Numbered from the stretch's first letter, positions 8,797 to 22,400 are shown. The stretch: DNA of 39,275 bases from Intoshia linei (GCA_001642005.1 LWCA01000217.1:1-39275); one strand, 5' to 3'. Notes: a model not told the origin generated them from the sequence alone. Numbers and translations: made by a program.

Positions 8797-11700
8797 CTAC
8801 TGTGTTACAGCAAACATTTTGCGCTGAAATCCGAGAGAAACATCACACATCATCATTCTCTGGATATCACTATAACTCAAATAATATTCGAAAGCTTTCT
8901 TGAAATATTTTTCATATTTTTCAATTTTGCTTCTAAAAATTTAAAACTATAATTACAATAATGTTATATTAAATTAATAGACATAAAAACTACATATAAA
9001 TACTGTATTTTGAAAATAGTCTCTATAATATAATAGAATAGAGAAAATTTGTTACATTTTAAACTTCAAAATCAAAAAATTATGCAGTTACCGCCTTTAT
9101 TATTTATTTTACTAATAAAAAACCTTTCAATAATAAATAATAATATTACAATGAAAAATAAAACATAGAAAAGGTTTCATATGTCCGAGCATATCGTTTG
9201 TCACAATTTTCACATTGTTTGAAATATTTTTCAGCGTCTTCAATGTTTTGGGATGCAATGTAAGAATACTGTCTAAAATAATATTGGATCTCAATAAAAA
9301 AGAATTAACCCTATATGAGCATAGTAACTAGGAATATTGGAATCAATTTTTATAGCCGTTTTCATACATTCTATGGCGCCAGCTGCATCATTACCAAATA
9401 ACAACTAAATTAAATTAAAAATTTATCCAAAATATAAATAAGTACTTCACTTTTGTAGACATGATATAAGGAAAATTGTTTGTATTCATCTTCGAGGGAA
9501 ATAATTGTATTTAATATTGCAAATTGTTCGGAAGGATCGGACCGGAGGCGTAGTTTATCTTCTAAAAAATTCAAAATATATGTAAATAATTAAAATTAAC
9601 AGTATTATTAATTAATAATTATTAATATTAATTAAATTACAAAAACAACCACATTTTAAATTCTTTCAATTAGGAAGCTATTATAAATGTTTTTTATTTC
9701 CCAATAGATTTCCTAATTTTGCTGTTAAAAAATCCAAAAAGAATTTACTGTATTAAATATAGATGAAGTGCAATGTTTTCATAAATGTTTGTGGTTTTCA
9801 AAAATTTGAAAATGACACCTTGCGATCTTTTGAATTTAATGGATCCCGGTTGATAAATATTATACATTAGAAAAGTAATTGTTTAATTCTCATAAAATTT
9901 CAATCACGATAATAATCGGTTAATTAAACCTTGAAAATATTAAGACAAAATAAATAAATTACCAATCATCATACATCTTAACTTTCCTAATAAATCATTA
10001 GGAGAGAGGTGACAAAATTTTTTCAAATCGAAAAGAGAATCCGCTAGTCTTAATTCACTTAACATTATCTAAATAAATTATATCAGAATCAACATTAAAA
10101 AAACCTGTCCACGTAAATTATACAAGTATGGACAATCCGGATTATCTACAATTAATTTATTTAGGTCAGTACTATCGCCTCGTTGCATCACTTTACAATA
10201 AGCGGATATAGTCTTAGCAATTAGTTTAATCTAAAAATAACGATATACAGTCACTCTAAAAATTATAACTACAAAACAAGCAGAATGTAATACTGAAATG
10301 TAGGCCCTGGATACCCAACAGTCGCTGGGATAGATGGAAATTGTGGGCCCCACGTATGTACATTTTATAACAAAAAAATAATATCTGAATTATCTATCCA
10401 ATATTTAATGCGGCGGTTGATCTTTTTTTCAGCGTTACCCTGTGGGAGTGAAAAATTTGGTACATCTGTACAAAATTTTTTTATAAAATAAACTATTCAT
10501 TTAGAACCGTGAACCGTCATAATAATAATAATCATAAGGGCTATCCTTCTCCACGTCCTGATAGGATAAAATCCTTTTTTATTATTATTAATTACGTCAT
10601 CTTCAATAGTCTCCATGTCAAGTAGAAGATTCAATGTTTCCAAACAATCATCAAACAAAGACCTGAAAAGGCACAACATAGAAACGATCAATAATGTTTG
10701 AGGTACAAATTGTCGTTGGTAATCGGTTTCAACTAATTTAAATCGATCCCAGTGATGAAAAACTTTCAAAATATTGTGGAAACATGCGAAATATTCCTTG
10801 CTGTGAAATCTTTTTACAATAAGTTGACATCTATAAAAAAAATAAATAATGAACATACAAGATAAATTTATTCACCATAATTAATCATAAACCTCTAATC
10901 TGACCCATGTGTTTACTTGGGACTAAATTAGTCAAATTTGCCAGACTGATTAAACTGTCCAGCTTAGTTATTATAAGGTCAAATATGCAAAATACTATCC
11001 CATCTACAATATGTATAAACATGTTCAAAAAAATCAAAAAATAGTTTGAGCCATCTTTAGAAGGCACTACTTTAAACTATACAAAAATTACTCTTTAAAA
11101 ATATAGGATTGCTGCTTATCTAAAAATAAACAAATTAAAAAATATTCAGTATACTCAAACTTTTTTTTGATATACGCTTGCGTGATGGTTGTATATCAAT
11201 AGATACAACTTGACTAGGAATTTCATCTGAATCCAAATCGATTACATCATTATTAACATATTCACCATTTACTTTTGTTTGTTTTGTAGGTCGACCTGAA
11301 TATAAAATTTTATTATTTTCACAATAACATCTCTTTTCTTCGTCTCCGATATTGTTCAAGCAATCTTGGTATTCAGGTGCATTTCCATTTACTATGGGTT
11401 TCATATTGTCACACATACACGTCTCTGGGTCATAGTTTGGAATATCACTAATTAATATTCCATTATCAAACCCAGATTCATCCGAAATAGAATCATCGGA
11501 TTCACAATTAGACTCTTCATTAGGAAATGTATCATATTCCGAATTATAACCACAACAAAATTGGTCCAATCCATTAAATTTATTTATTTTTTCTTCCAAA
11601 AATTGATTACATTTTACAGATTCATCGTATGCTGCTTGTAAATTGTTTTCTAGTGTTGTGTTAAATGGTAAAATTTCTTGTTTAAAATAATCGTTCTGTA

Positions 11701-14700
11701 AAATTGGGATTTTTATAATATCCAAAAAGTATTTTATACAAGTTGGAGATATTTGTGTAGTTTTTGTTCGATTCTAAATATCTAATAAAAATGGTAGATA
11801 AACTCATAAATTGAAACTTAACATAATTCAATATTTATTATAAATATAGTTCTGTCATACGACACGAATCACACACCAAAATAATCGGATTAAATTTCTT
11901 TAAAAGCTGTTAGTCAATAATTTTTATTGATGAAAATTTAGTTCGTGATTTAGATCGGGTTACAAAACTTTGCAATAGTATGGCTATACAACTCATACCG
12001 ATTATTCTGCGATAATCATAAAAATACTAAATATTTGTAAATTAAGTATCAAAAACAAGTTTTAATAATTAACAGAATTTATTTAAATCGTTAATATTTA
12101 TAAAAAATTTTTTTCTGAAATTTTTAAAAGTATGTGGATTCCTGAATATGTATCTATTAGACCTTATTTCTCATGTCAAGGTTACCGGCTAGTATAAGAT
12201 ACAATTAAAACCTTGACATAATCGTCGGTTTTATATTTTGCGTATTCTAGAATAAAATCATCGAATAAATCAGAAACTTTTACATCCTGATCATTGATTT
12301 TAAACAATTGTATGAAATCTAAAATGACGAATTACAGATAAACATATTCACATACAATGTAATATTTAATTAATATATTATATTATTAAAACTAAATAAA
12401 ATAATTATAACTATAAATATTTTCGAATTTATTAATAATTAATATTTATTTAATTAACTAATAATATAAGATACAATAGCTTTAAAAATCATAAAATTTT
12501 ATAAGATACTAGTTGTCAGTTATGTACTTGATAAAAATAGTAGCAAGGTTTGCCTAGGGCGGATCTTTCCAATTATATATTTTTACAAATTAAATGTATC
12601 ATTTTTTTTTAATTTTAATAAAAAAAATTGTAGGGTTTTGATATGAAATATGGAAAATTTTGAATTTTCAGAATTTGTGCTATTTAAAATTCAAAGGAAG
12701 CTTATTTTAGTATTTTCATTCTTAAAAAAAAATAATTTGTTTTTATAAATTTCTGAGAATATCAGTTTTCTAATACGAGACCCCTTCTCGGGGTAAGAGG
12801 AAATTTTTGTAAAATAGGGGCTTAATTTTTCCAAATCTACTCAATCAGAGTATAAGTACTTTAAAAAAATTGCTTTAAATCTTTGGCATAACAACTATTT
12901 TGTGTGTCAAATTTAAACTGTAAGTACAGACCGCGCAGAGGTGGATCGGGATTAGGGCGAACAGTATCAATTATTATAGCTAAATTGATAATTTTTTAGC
13001 AATACAGTAGACACTCGAAAAGTGACCACTTCGTATAGGTGACCACCTCCCAAAAGTGATCACTTTTTAAGACAATATAACAAATCCATACTAATATAAA
13101 TAAATTTCTCTTCGAAAAAGTGTCCAAAAATATAAATTAAATCATGTCAATTTTATTGAAGACCAAATTAATGACGTTATTGACAATAGCAAATATAGCA
13201 GAAAATAAATTGGAAAATTTGGAAGAATTAAAAAAGGATGGAATCTATGCAATATTTAATAATCTTAGAAATCATGCAAAACAACATTGTCCAAAGAATC
13301 TAGAAGATATATTTATTGGAAAGCAAAATGATAGTCCTCAAGTGTTTCAAATAAAACCACTCTGAAATATTTTTGTATAATAAACAAATAATATATGATT
13401 AGCTTAGAAATTTGTCGTCTTATTTTTAATATATTTTCAAGGTGATGGTCAACGTAATTAATAATTTTAGTCGATTAATCAATCAGCTTCTGTTTCAGTT
13501 ATTGTTAAAATGATAAATGTATGGTATGTAAAATGAATACTGTATTTTAAAAAATATGTAACGATAGTGATATTATGATTTTAACTTTAGTGGAAAAAGT
13601 AACCACCTACGTAAAGTGACCACTTGCCCAAAAAAGTGGTCACTTTTCGAGTGTTTACTGTATAAAGCATTTTCACTTGTAATCACTAGCTATATTTCTT
13701 TAAATGGAATGTTTAAATTATATTATTTATGTGAATTTCAATTTAAATTAAATAGGCATAAAATTGAATACAATAGGTCGTAAAATGTTTGGGAATTGGT
13801 CCTATTTATATACAACAAAGGTAGCAGTATTAAAATATAGCATTTATGGCAAGCAGACATCTCTGGTTAGTTACAAGTAAATCGTCTATGTTAATGGCAT
13901 ATTGAGATGGATAATGGCATCTTGCTTTTTCATAGAAAGCACATTTAGTTAGTTACTGGCTGCAAGGTCATAAAAAGCTAACCGGTTTAGTTAGTTAAAA
14001 ATATTTTTGACTATTTTTTCAATACAATGAAATATTATAATTAATTTTTATTGCCCTAATAAATAGTACAATGTATTGTTCAAAAAAATTTGCTATACTC
14101 ATGTACTAATTTGCTTTGTTATAATCAATTTAATTATCAATTTTTGGCGGCCCTACTCGGGATATATCATATATGGCATTACACATCGTTAGCAAAAAAA
14201 TTTAGGACATATTTTTAATTTTTTGGTGGTTTTTTAGCATGGTAGGTATGGTTGATGCATTATACACTTTTTTACTGAAAATTCAAAAATCTGTTTGAAT
14301 TCACAAAATGGCATCAATTTGACCACTATCAAATCGTTAATCCACAAAGTAATTTTTAGTTTATTCAAGGGTCTGTAATGTACTACTGAGTACATAACTT
14401 TACTATTTATACTACATTCTATATTTCCAGATGATTACCAAGGACAATAATAAAGTTGAATAAACACATGTCCAAGACTTATTAAATTCATGTATTAAAA
14501 TAAAATCTTATCTCAAATCTACACTTGTTAAACATTCGAACATTACATGGTCTGTGGAATTTTAAGTTAAAAACGACTATATTAGTACATTTAAACATTA
14601 TTTCTAAAATTGTATATTAATATGATAATATTTTATTATTTTTATATTGTATTGTAATTTTCAATTTTCAATTACCTAGCATTGCTTCATCATAAAGATT

Positions 14701-15375
14701 TAAAGTTCTGTAAATATTGGAACGCCTTATATATGCTTTTACATAAAATTCATCATACTCGATGGCTCTGCTGCAATCTTCAATTGCGAGGTCATATTCT
14801 TCCTAAAATAAAAAACAATTAAAAATGTAAATTTAAAATTTGGCCGACAAATAAATAAGACGTAGTTATTCCAATGATTTTTCTAGTATTCACATATCAG
14901 TAATAATAATTTAAACATATATTATTAATAATATATTAGTTAAGGAATTTCACAAATAATGATTAATTTTAAGTAAACGTTTTTATGGCTAAAAAGTACC
15001 ATTTTATTATACACTGCGGCTCTATTTTGATACAATTTAGAAATCATAGAGTCTACATCTTCAGTGGATTTTGTACATTCTAACGCTTGAGTATAAACAT
15101 CTCTAGCCTGTTCATAATCATCATTAATAAATAATTTATTTCCAGTTTCTTTTAAATTGATAATTTTCTAAAAATAAAATAAAAATAAGAAAGTATGGAA
15201 ATAAAAAAAGTTAATAAAAATTTACATCTAGAATGGAAGTCTCATCATCAATATTTTCAACCTCAGGTACATTTGACGATCTATTATAAAGGTAATATGC
15301 AAAACCCAATGAAGCAATTAACGCGCAAACTGCTATAGACGTATTGGTCTTATTAAATTTCGATAAAATGGTCAT
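8797..15375 (-). CDS. TOMM70: Mitochondrial import receptor Tom70 (13 exons, ~709 aa)
   Basis: Phase-consistent exons 15226-15375, 15000-15167, 14676-14802, 12212-12318, 11161-11773, 11092-11119, 10596-10830, 10105-10230, 9963-10068, 9446-9561, 9310-9404, 9150-9272, 8797-8932 (2130 nt). N-terminal signal anchor IAVCALIASLGFAYYLY. Clamp TPRs LKETGNKLF..YEQA, LYQNRAAVY, IEDCSRAIEYDEFYVKAYIRRS. C-terminal TPRs NPDCPYLYNLRGQ, AIKIDSNIPSYYAHIG, CDKRYARTYET in Tom70 order. Confidence 0.9.
13005..13660. mobile_element. pogo/Tigger-like (Tc1/mariner superfamily) non-autonomous element in TOMM70 intron 3
   Basis: 27-bp TIR CAGTA(G/A)ACACTCGAAAAGTGACCACTT with 1 mismatch. TA on both flanks (13003-04, 13661-62). 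Subterminal GTGACCAC repeats at both ends. Confidence 0.9.
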
Positions 15376-15530
15376 TCTAATGTCGAATGTAAAGGTGATA
15401 ATTTAGTATTAATATGGATACACAAATAAATTAAAATTTGAAATTAAATTGAAAATGGTTTAATTTTTAAAATTAAAACATTTACAATTGCAAATTACTC
15501 CAAGTACAAATATATAATACAATAGGAGTA

Positions 15531-18500
15531 CTATTCAAAAACAGTTCTAGTTCCAGTAAATTGTTGTATTTTTGATTTTTCTTTACGTTTAGCACTCCAA
15601 GACGGATGAATGGTTTCTGTTTGAGGTTTACTTTTTTTGTAAGTGTTTTTTATTTGGCTCATACTTGTTTTTTTCATTCTCTTTGCAGATTTTCTAGTTA
15701 TGACAATTAAAATTTTTCATTAAATTTAAAATTATAAAGTTAATTACTTTAATTTTTCAATTACGTCAAATTTAAAATCTTTGCGGTCCAATGAAAAAAA
15801 ATTGTTCTCGTCGGTTTCACTTTCGCTATTCAATATTTAAATTTTATTTTAATTATATAAATACACTGGTTGTGCAGTTTCACATTCAATTTCCTTGAAA
15901 TTATTCAAAGTAGTTACTACTGTATTTTCATCAATCGGTACCATTAATGATTTAGGGTTTTGAATTTGAACCAATGCAAATCTATAAATATTTATTAACG
16001 TGAAATGACTAATTTTACTGAATCTAAAAATCTAAAATTACTGAGTCAAAAAAGCATGGGACCGAAGAAATTATAGATAAAAAACCATCTTAAATTTTAC
16101 CCGTAAAATTACGACAAATATGTACGATCACGTGAAAGCATAATTATGAATTATAATTCAATTTGGCTAAAGAAATTTAACCAGGTAATACCCAGACCAT
16201 AAATATAAAAAAATTACTCTGGAACTTGCGTTTCTTTAACAACGCGATGAGTTTCAAAATATGGTTTATTAAAATTTAATGTACTGGAATAATCATCCAA
16301 ACCATCCAATAGAGTATTTTTATTTAAATCTGCAGTGTCATCATTTATTATATCAAAATTTTTATTTACAGCCAATTCTTTCACAGAACTGTCACTAATA
16401 TCATTATCACTAGCATTAGATTTGATATCAACATGTTCCATGTTGATTTTTTCGTTTTCTATTAAATTTGTATTCATGGTATAGTTTAATTTTTCAATTT
16501 TTTCTGTTTCTTCGTTAGAATCTAGCTTTTCTTTTAAATCATTCTTTCTAACCAAAAGAGCAAATGCTGACAAATCTGTATTAATTTTATTTTTTCTAAC
16601 GTGGCGAGTTCCACTCACATTATAAATTAGGTAATCTACCATCTCCCGCCAACTAAAATACTTTTCTCTGTAATTTTTGACTATACTTTTCATTTTTGGT
16701 AGAGATGCAAATTTGATGGCAATGACTTGAGCATGTGATAAATTACTCTAAAAATATACTTTAATCATTTTAAAATTAAAAATTAAAAAATTACAAGCAG
16801 GGTTCAATATTTTCATGATTTGTGTATTTAAGGGAAACTGGAAGCGAAAAGTTGCGGGATTAGAAAAAGAAAATTAAACGGTGACGGGAATGGGTGCATA
16901 ATGAAATTTTTTGAGCAACACGGAAATGTTGATCTGAATATGCATTGGCGAACTTACCATACACCGAGACTAATAGACCCGTTTAGGGGGAGTGGGAGGG
17001 ACAAAATTTTTTTAAAAAAAGGCCTAATTTTTCCAAATTGCACATTAAAAAATTATATTCTTGAAAATCATAACTAATTTGTGTTAAATTTAAAATTTAA
17101 AGTCGAGATGCTTAGAGACGTGGCTAGAGGTGAAAAATGACAATCGTTTTCGAAAAATTTTTTAGGGGCCAATTCTCATTTTCGGTGGCCTCGAACCACC
17201 ATGGACCACTTGTCACAAAAAAAATGTGTGTGGACCACATAATTTTTAAAAAAATCCCTTAATCCTTAACACGTCACTAAGGTAATATTTACATTTTTTT
17301 ATTATATATTCCTCCTTAAATCGAAAATTTAACATTAGTTTTGACATGGTAGCTCAATGGCGTAATTAAAAAAATTATTAATTTCAAACATAATTGTGGT
17401 GAACTATCAGTGCCAAACCTACCGCATCCGAGACCCTTCTACCGATGGATCTCAACGAAAATTTTTTAAGATGAGACTTTAATTTACTAAATTGAGTATT
17501 AAAATTTTTTTTGAATATCAACTAATTTGTGTGTTAAATTTAAAATGTCAACTCAAGAGTCTTAAAAGGTGGATTATAGCATTATATGACATTATAATTC
17601 GTTTACAAATTTTTTTAAGGGGCTATTTTTCATTTTAGCCTTTTAAGATTCTGGGAACGACTATCGAACTAAGTTAAATCGTTACATGGATTAAATTTAA
17701 CGCATGTGAAAATTATTTACGTTATTCAGTAAATTTTCACTTCATTTTTATAAAATGATATTTACGTTCACATCATTAATAATAATAAATAATATTCTAA
17801 TTTAATATTATTGTTTAAAAAAAGGTTATTTTCATTTTATTAAAAATTTTTCTTGTGGACCATTTTGAAACACTGAACTAGGTAGATTCGACTCTGTGTA
17901 TAGGACTCTAGAACCAAAGTAACCCATTTTAAAAAAGAAGAAAATTACCAAAGTTGCTAGATCAGATTTAGACAGTTCATTAGATAGACAAAATTTTGAC
18001 AATTCATCGTTATCAATATTCTAAAATAAATGGTAACATTTTAAAAATTTAAATACTAAACGTTCAATAAAACTAATTGTTTTTCCAATTTTTCGGCACG
18101 TTTATTAAAATTTTCAAGCTTTCTAAAATTGTAAATTTCAAAATAAAACAATAGTCAGAGATGAGTCTACCGTACTCAAGATCCATTCTCGAGTCTCGAC
18201 GATTAATCCTTACTTATAAAATATGCTTTGTTTGTCTGTGTTATCGTTTATTGCAATAACTACCAGTCAGAGAACTTTATAAAGTCCATATTTCTATTAG
18301 TTTTATTTCCGGGTGAAAGTAAGATAAATTTCAACCTCCCAAACGTATTACGGGTCAAAAAGCCCAATTATTTTTTTTTTTTAAAATCAAACGAGTTCGA
18401 GAATTTAAAAAAAAATACAGGTGGTACAGTTGTATCCTGTTAACATAACCAAATTTTCAAACTGAATAAGTGACGCCTTCACGGTCAAAAAAGCACCGTA

Positions 18501-19030
18501 GTATTGAAAATTTCACAAACGATGCGTAGTGTCATATAGCCCTATCCACCTCTCTAAGACTCTTGACTCGACATGAGTGTGAGTTTTAATTTAATTGTTT
18601 TAATGCTGAATTTGGAAAAATGAAGCCACCATTTTACCAAAATTTCGTCGAGACACCCCCAAAGAGGGTGCTCTGGTATGGTAGGTTCGGCGCTGCATTG
18701 GATGTACATATAATTCAGTGACAATGATAGCCAAATTGAATGATTGACAAATTTTAAAGGTAGATAATATGAAAAAGTTTGAAATAAAATTAACCTTTCA
18801 CGATACACCTTAATTTGTCTTCTAGTAGTAAGTATCATTCGTCTTTTTTCGGTTTTGATACATTTTCGTAAAGATACAATCTAAAATTTACATTTTAAGT
18901 ATTGGTAATTTTTAACATGAAAAAATCAATAACTATATGCGAATCAAATAAATTCATTTCAACTAATCCAATATAAGGCTAAAATTACAATGTTGTTTAA
19001 ATCATTCGAACTAATGTCCGAATTTTGCAT
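15531..19030 (-). CDS. SRFBP1: Serum response factor-binding protein 1 / BUD22 family (8 exons, ~382 aa)
   Basis: Phase-consistent exons 18989-19030, 18795-18880, 18062-18122, 17949-18020, 16218-16747, 15865-15981, 15748-15825, 15531-15693 (1149 nt). N-terminus DLNNIIVSLRKCIK...NKRAEKLEKQLVLL and the diagnostic C-terminus IHPSWSAKRKEKSKIQQFTGTRTVFE. Confidence 0.88.
16970..17200 (+). mobile_element. Repeat family A copy (SRFBP1 intron 4)
   Basis: Contains GAAAATCATAACTAATTTGTGTTAAATTTAAAAT and TTTTAGGGGCCAATTCTCATTTTCGG, shared with other copies. Confidence 0.6.
17408..17896 (+). mobile_element. Repeat family A copy with both TIRs
   Basis: Left CAGTGCCAAACCTACC, right GGTAGATTCGACTCTG, family core at 17510-17640. 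No clear TSD. Confidence 0.55.
18207..18540 (+). mobile_element. Repeat family B, non-autonomous Helitron-like element
   Basis: Begins A|TCCTTACTTATA...GTTTGTCTGTGTTATC. Homologous in reverse orientation to 20885-21222 and 26650-27667, which start at the same A|TCC. No TIR or TSD. The 3' CTRR end is not clearly resolved. Confidence 0.55.
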
Positions 19031-19491
19031 ACAATTATTAAAATATTCTAAATTTCTATTTTTACGATTTCACGATTTTAGTTTGAGTATAAATTTATTG
19101 TATAATATATATCGAATAATTATTATAATATACATTTACAAATTAGTAAGTATATCACATGTACATTGTACAATGTATATTGAATTATCGTATAATTACA
19201 ATATGTATAATAATATGTACGTTTGACGATTTTTATTCGTATATGTGATGCATTTAATGAAACAAAAACTCAACCATATTGTCCAATTACTGAATGATAT
19301 TTTGATCATTTTCATATTTATTCATATTACAGTTTAATCATCTCGATATTTTGAGTTTAATGATTTGATTTCGTGAATGAATTTATCGATAAGCACTTGT
19401 GTGTTATTATAAAATCGCTAGGCTTGAGTTACTTGGTAATTTGTAGATATATGTATACTGAGATTTCACTAAAATTCATTCTAGCATATCG
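19031..19491. promoter_or_regulatory. Putative bidirectional promoter between SRFBP1 and the bark-like gene
   Basis: Head-to-head ATGs separated by 461 bp. 16-bp perfect palindrome TACATTGTACAATGTA (19162-19177). DRE-like TATCGATA (19384-19391). Confidence 0.5.
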
Positions 19492-22400
19492 ATGTTTTTA
19501 TCAAAAATAATAATTTCTATATTTTTGTTAATTATCAATGTAAATCATTATAGAGCCGATAATCAATCCAAAATAATATGGAAACAAAATTTATCACCCG
19601 TGGTTTTGTCTTCAAATCTGTTTATAGCCAAACATGAAACCCTGGTTATTAAACCTGGAGTCGTTATAAAATCTCACACAGGAGTGTCTATTATCGTCAA
19701 TGGCACTCTTATCGCGGAGGTATTATATTATAGTAATTTTCTATAGTTTTATAGGGCACAAGGAAAAATCCAATTATTTTTACGAATTATGCTGATAGTA
19801 TTCAACCAAAACAATCTTTGTTTAGATTAACTGACGGTGATAATGTTAATCGAGGAAATTTTGAAATTTTTATCCAGTCTAAATGGCGTGTGGTTTGTAC
19901 AAATATTTTCAAAAAGTATATTTATAATAATTATTTCAATACATGTCACATCTGTAATACATTGTGTAAAACAGGCGTGTCGTACTTGAAATTATAGGAT
20001 GAATGTTTATATTTTTAATTGTAATTCAAACATTCACATTTGTCCAAACCAGAGGTTCCCAAACTGATTTAGTATACACACGGTTTTTTTCAACAATTCC
20101 TTGAAAAAATGTTCGACTACGTTGTATACTTAGTATTAGGCATAGTCAGAAATACTAATATAAAACGAGCAAATCATGTGAAAGTAAATTCGTTACTATT
20201 AAATTACTTACATTTGTAAAAACTTATTGGGAAACCTTCATTGTTCTATTTTAGGAGCATCGGTTTTATTTAATTATTTTATTAAAATTTATGACGGAGC
20301 CAAGTTTCTAGTCATTTCAAAAGCTTTAAATTTCAAATTGAAAATGGAACAAAAAATTAGTCAATATTCATTATTGTATGAAACATCAACCAAGGGATAA
20401 AAAATATTAATTTTTCACATGGATAATAAATAATATAGAATTTTTATTGATCTGATAAAATATGTTGTAAACAATTAATAAGGTACTGTAAACAATACCT
20501 GAAAAACATGTTTCATTTTGGGAACATTGACGGGTTAAAGGTTAATATTAATAGTTCATCAAGTTTATCATCTCGCAAAAATAGGGTACTCCATGTCTTT
20601 TGACCATCATTCGTTCCCTAAATGTAATGATTCATTAAAAATTGTGATTATTATTAATTTTTTCGGGGTCTACCGGTTTTATGTAATATCATCTTAGGGG
20701 ACTACAGCTAAAAAAGGTTGAGAATGCCTAGTATACTACATACATTAGGGCAGTGATGGCAACCAAATCAAATGTGGTGTGTTAATTTAGAGATTTTATT
20801 TGAAAATTATTTTCTTGTGTTTATTATAAAAAAAATGTTACTCAGCCCTCCAATTGAAACAAAATCTAAATTTCCTATATACGTATAGATTCAGACACTA
20901 TTCAGATTGACATTTTTGTGTGTGTTAACAGAATACAACTGTACCATCTGTAATTATTTTTTAATTCTAGGGCTGTTTTCATTTAAAAAAAGAAGGTAAT
21001 TTGAGGTTTTGGCCCTGAAGATATATTTTTTTAAATTCTCGAATTTGATTTTAGAAAAAAAATAATTGGGCTTTTGGACCCGTAAGATGTGAGTTTGAGA
21101 GGTTGAAATTTATCTTACTTATACACGAAAAAACTGTAATAGAAATGTGGACTTTATAAAATTCTATGACTGGTAGTTATTGACATAAACGATAACACAT
21201 ATATAACTTATATAAGTGAGGATATACATAATAATATTAAATATCATAACTCAGGGTTTCTCAACTGCCGGTCCGTGAACCAGTTCTGGTCCGTGATAAA
21301 TTTTTACTAATTAGAAGTCAATTTATTACGTTTTTTATCTATTTTTTTGTAAAGTTGCTTAGTAATTTCACTTTAATGGTCCGCTATAAATTTTATAACT
21401 TATTACCGGTCCACAGTGAAAAAAGTGTGTGAACCCCTGTCATAACTATTTTGTTTGTTAAATTTGAAATATCGAGTCAAGAGCCTTTAATAAGTTGTTA
21501 GGATTATGCGGCACTATGCGTAGTTTTTGAGAAAAAATTTTAGGGGCCAATTTTTCATTTTCGGGTAACTGCTAGCAGGTACGTTTGCCTCTGTATGTAA
21601 ATATGATACTTATCATAAGTAGGTAGTACCGAATCGGTACTATCGATAGTCATCAATAGCGGACTGTAGTTTTGATGATCACGGATTAATAATAATAAAT
21701 TAATAGAAATCATGTCATTATTTTTTCTAGCTGGACTAGTATAGTGTCAAATGTCGTGTGCAATTCGATGGGGTATTCGGAAGGCTTTTTTTATCATTCC
21801 AGAATTTTCAATATTTATGACACAAAAAGACCAAATATAAACCTCCTATACAGCCCAAAATGCTTAGGGACTGAAAATAGTTTGTTTGAATGTCAACATT
21901 TTAATCAATCTGTACATTATCGAAACGATGTCTGTGGTAATTTTTAACATGTTCATTTTTTTATTCAATTGTCTAGACCTTTGTCTAATTTTGAGTATAA
22001 TTTTTTCTTAAAATTGATAATAGTGTATTCAATGTATATATTATATTTATGATTATTATAATTAATTGTTATCTTAGTAAACAAAAGAATAGTTGGAATA
22101 GAATGCAAGAATAAAGTATACACTTCATTAAAAAACCCCAAACCACCGACATATTGGGGAGGATTTAAATTTTTTAACAGTACCTTATTGAAAAAATATC
22201 ATCCACACGTATCGCATGATTTTACAACGTCAGCCTACACAAACCCTTTATACTTTGCATCAGCTTCAATATTAAAAAATGTAATAATTTTAAATGCAGG
22301 TATAAATTTTTGGAACGATAGAACTGCAAGTATTGAATGTAGTCCGAGTATCCCAAAAATTGAAAACGTACTAATTGAAAATTCTGCTGGAATTGGCTTA

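Noticed and set aside
10885-11067. 60-aa ORF as a TOMM70 exon
   Set aside because: Its possible donors are phase 1 but the next acceptor needs phase 2. The 28-nt exon 11092-11119 joins correctly, so this ORF is intronic.
13005-13070. Short spaced GTGACCAC repeats as a CRISPR-like array
   Set aside because: They are subterminal repeats of a TIR transposon in a eukaryotic intron; no spacers of CRISPR length and no cas genes.
13144-13365. 73-aa ORF as a host gene
   Set aside because: It lies inside the pogo-like element; at most a transposon remnant with no recognisable motif.
17345-17370. tRNA-like GGTAGCTCAATGG
   Set aside because: A-box-like only; no cloverleaf or B box follows.
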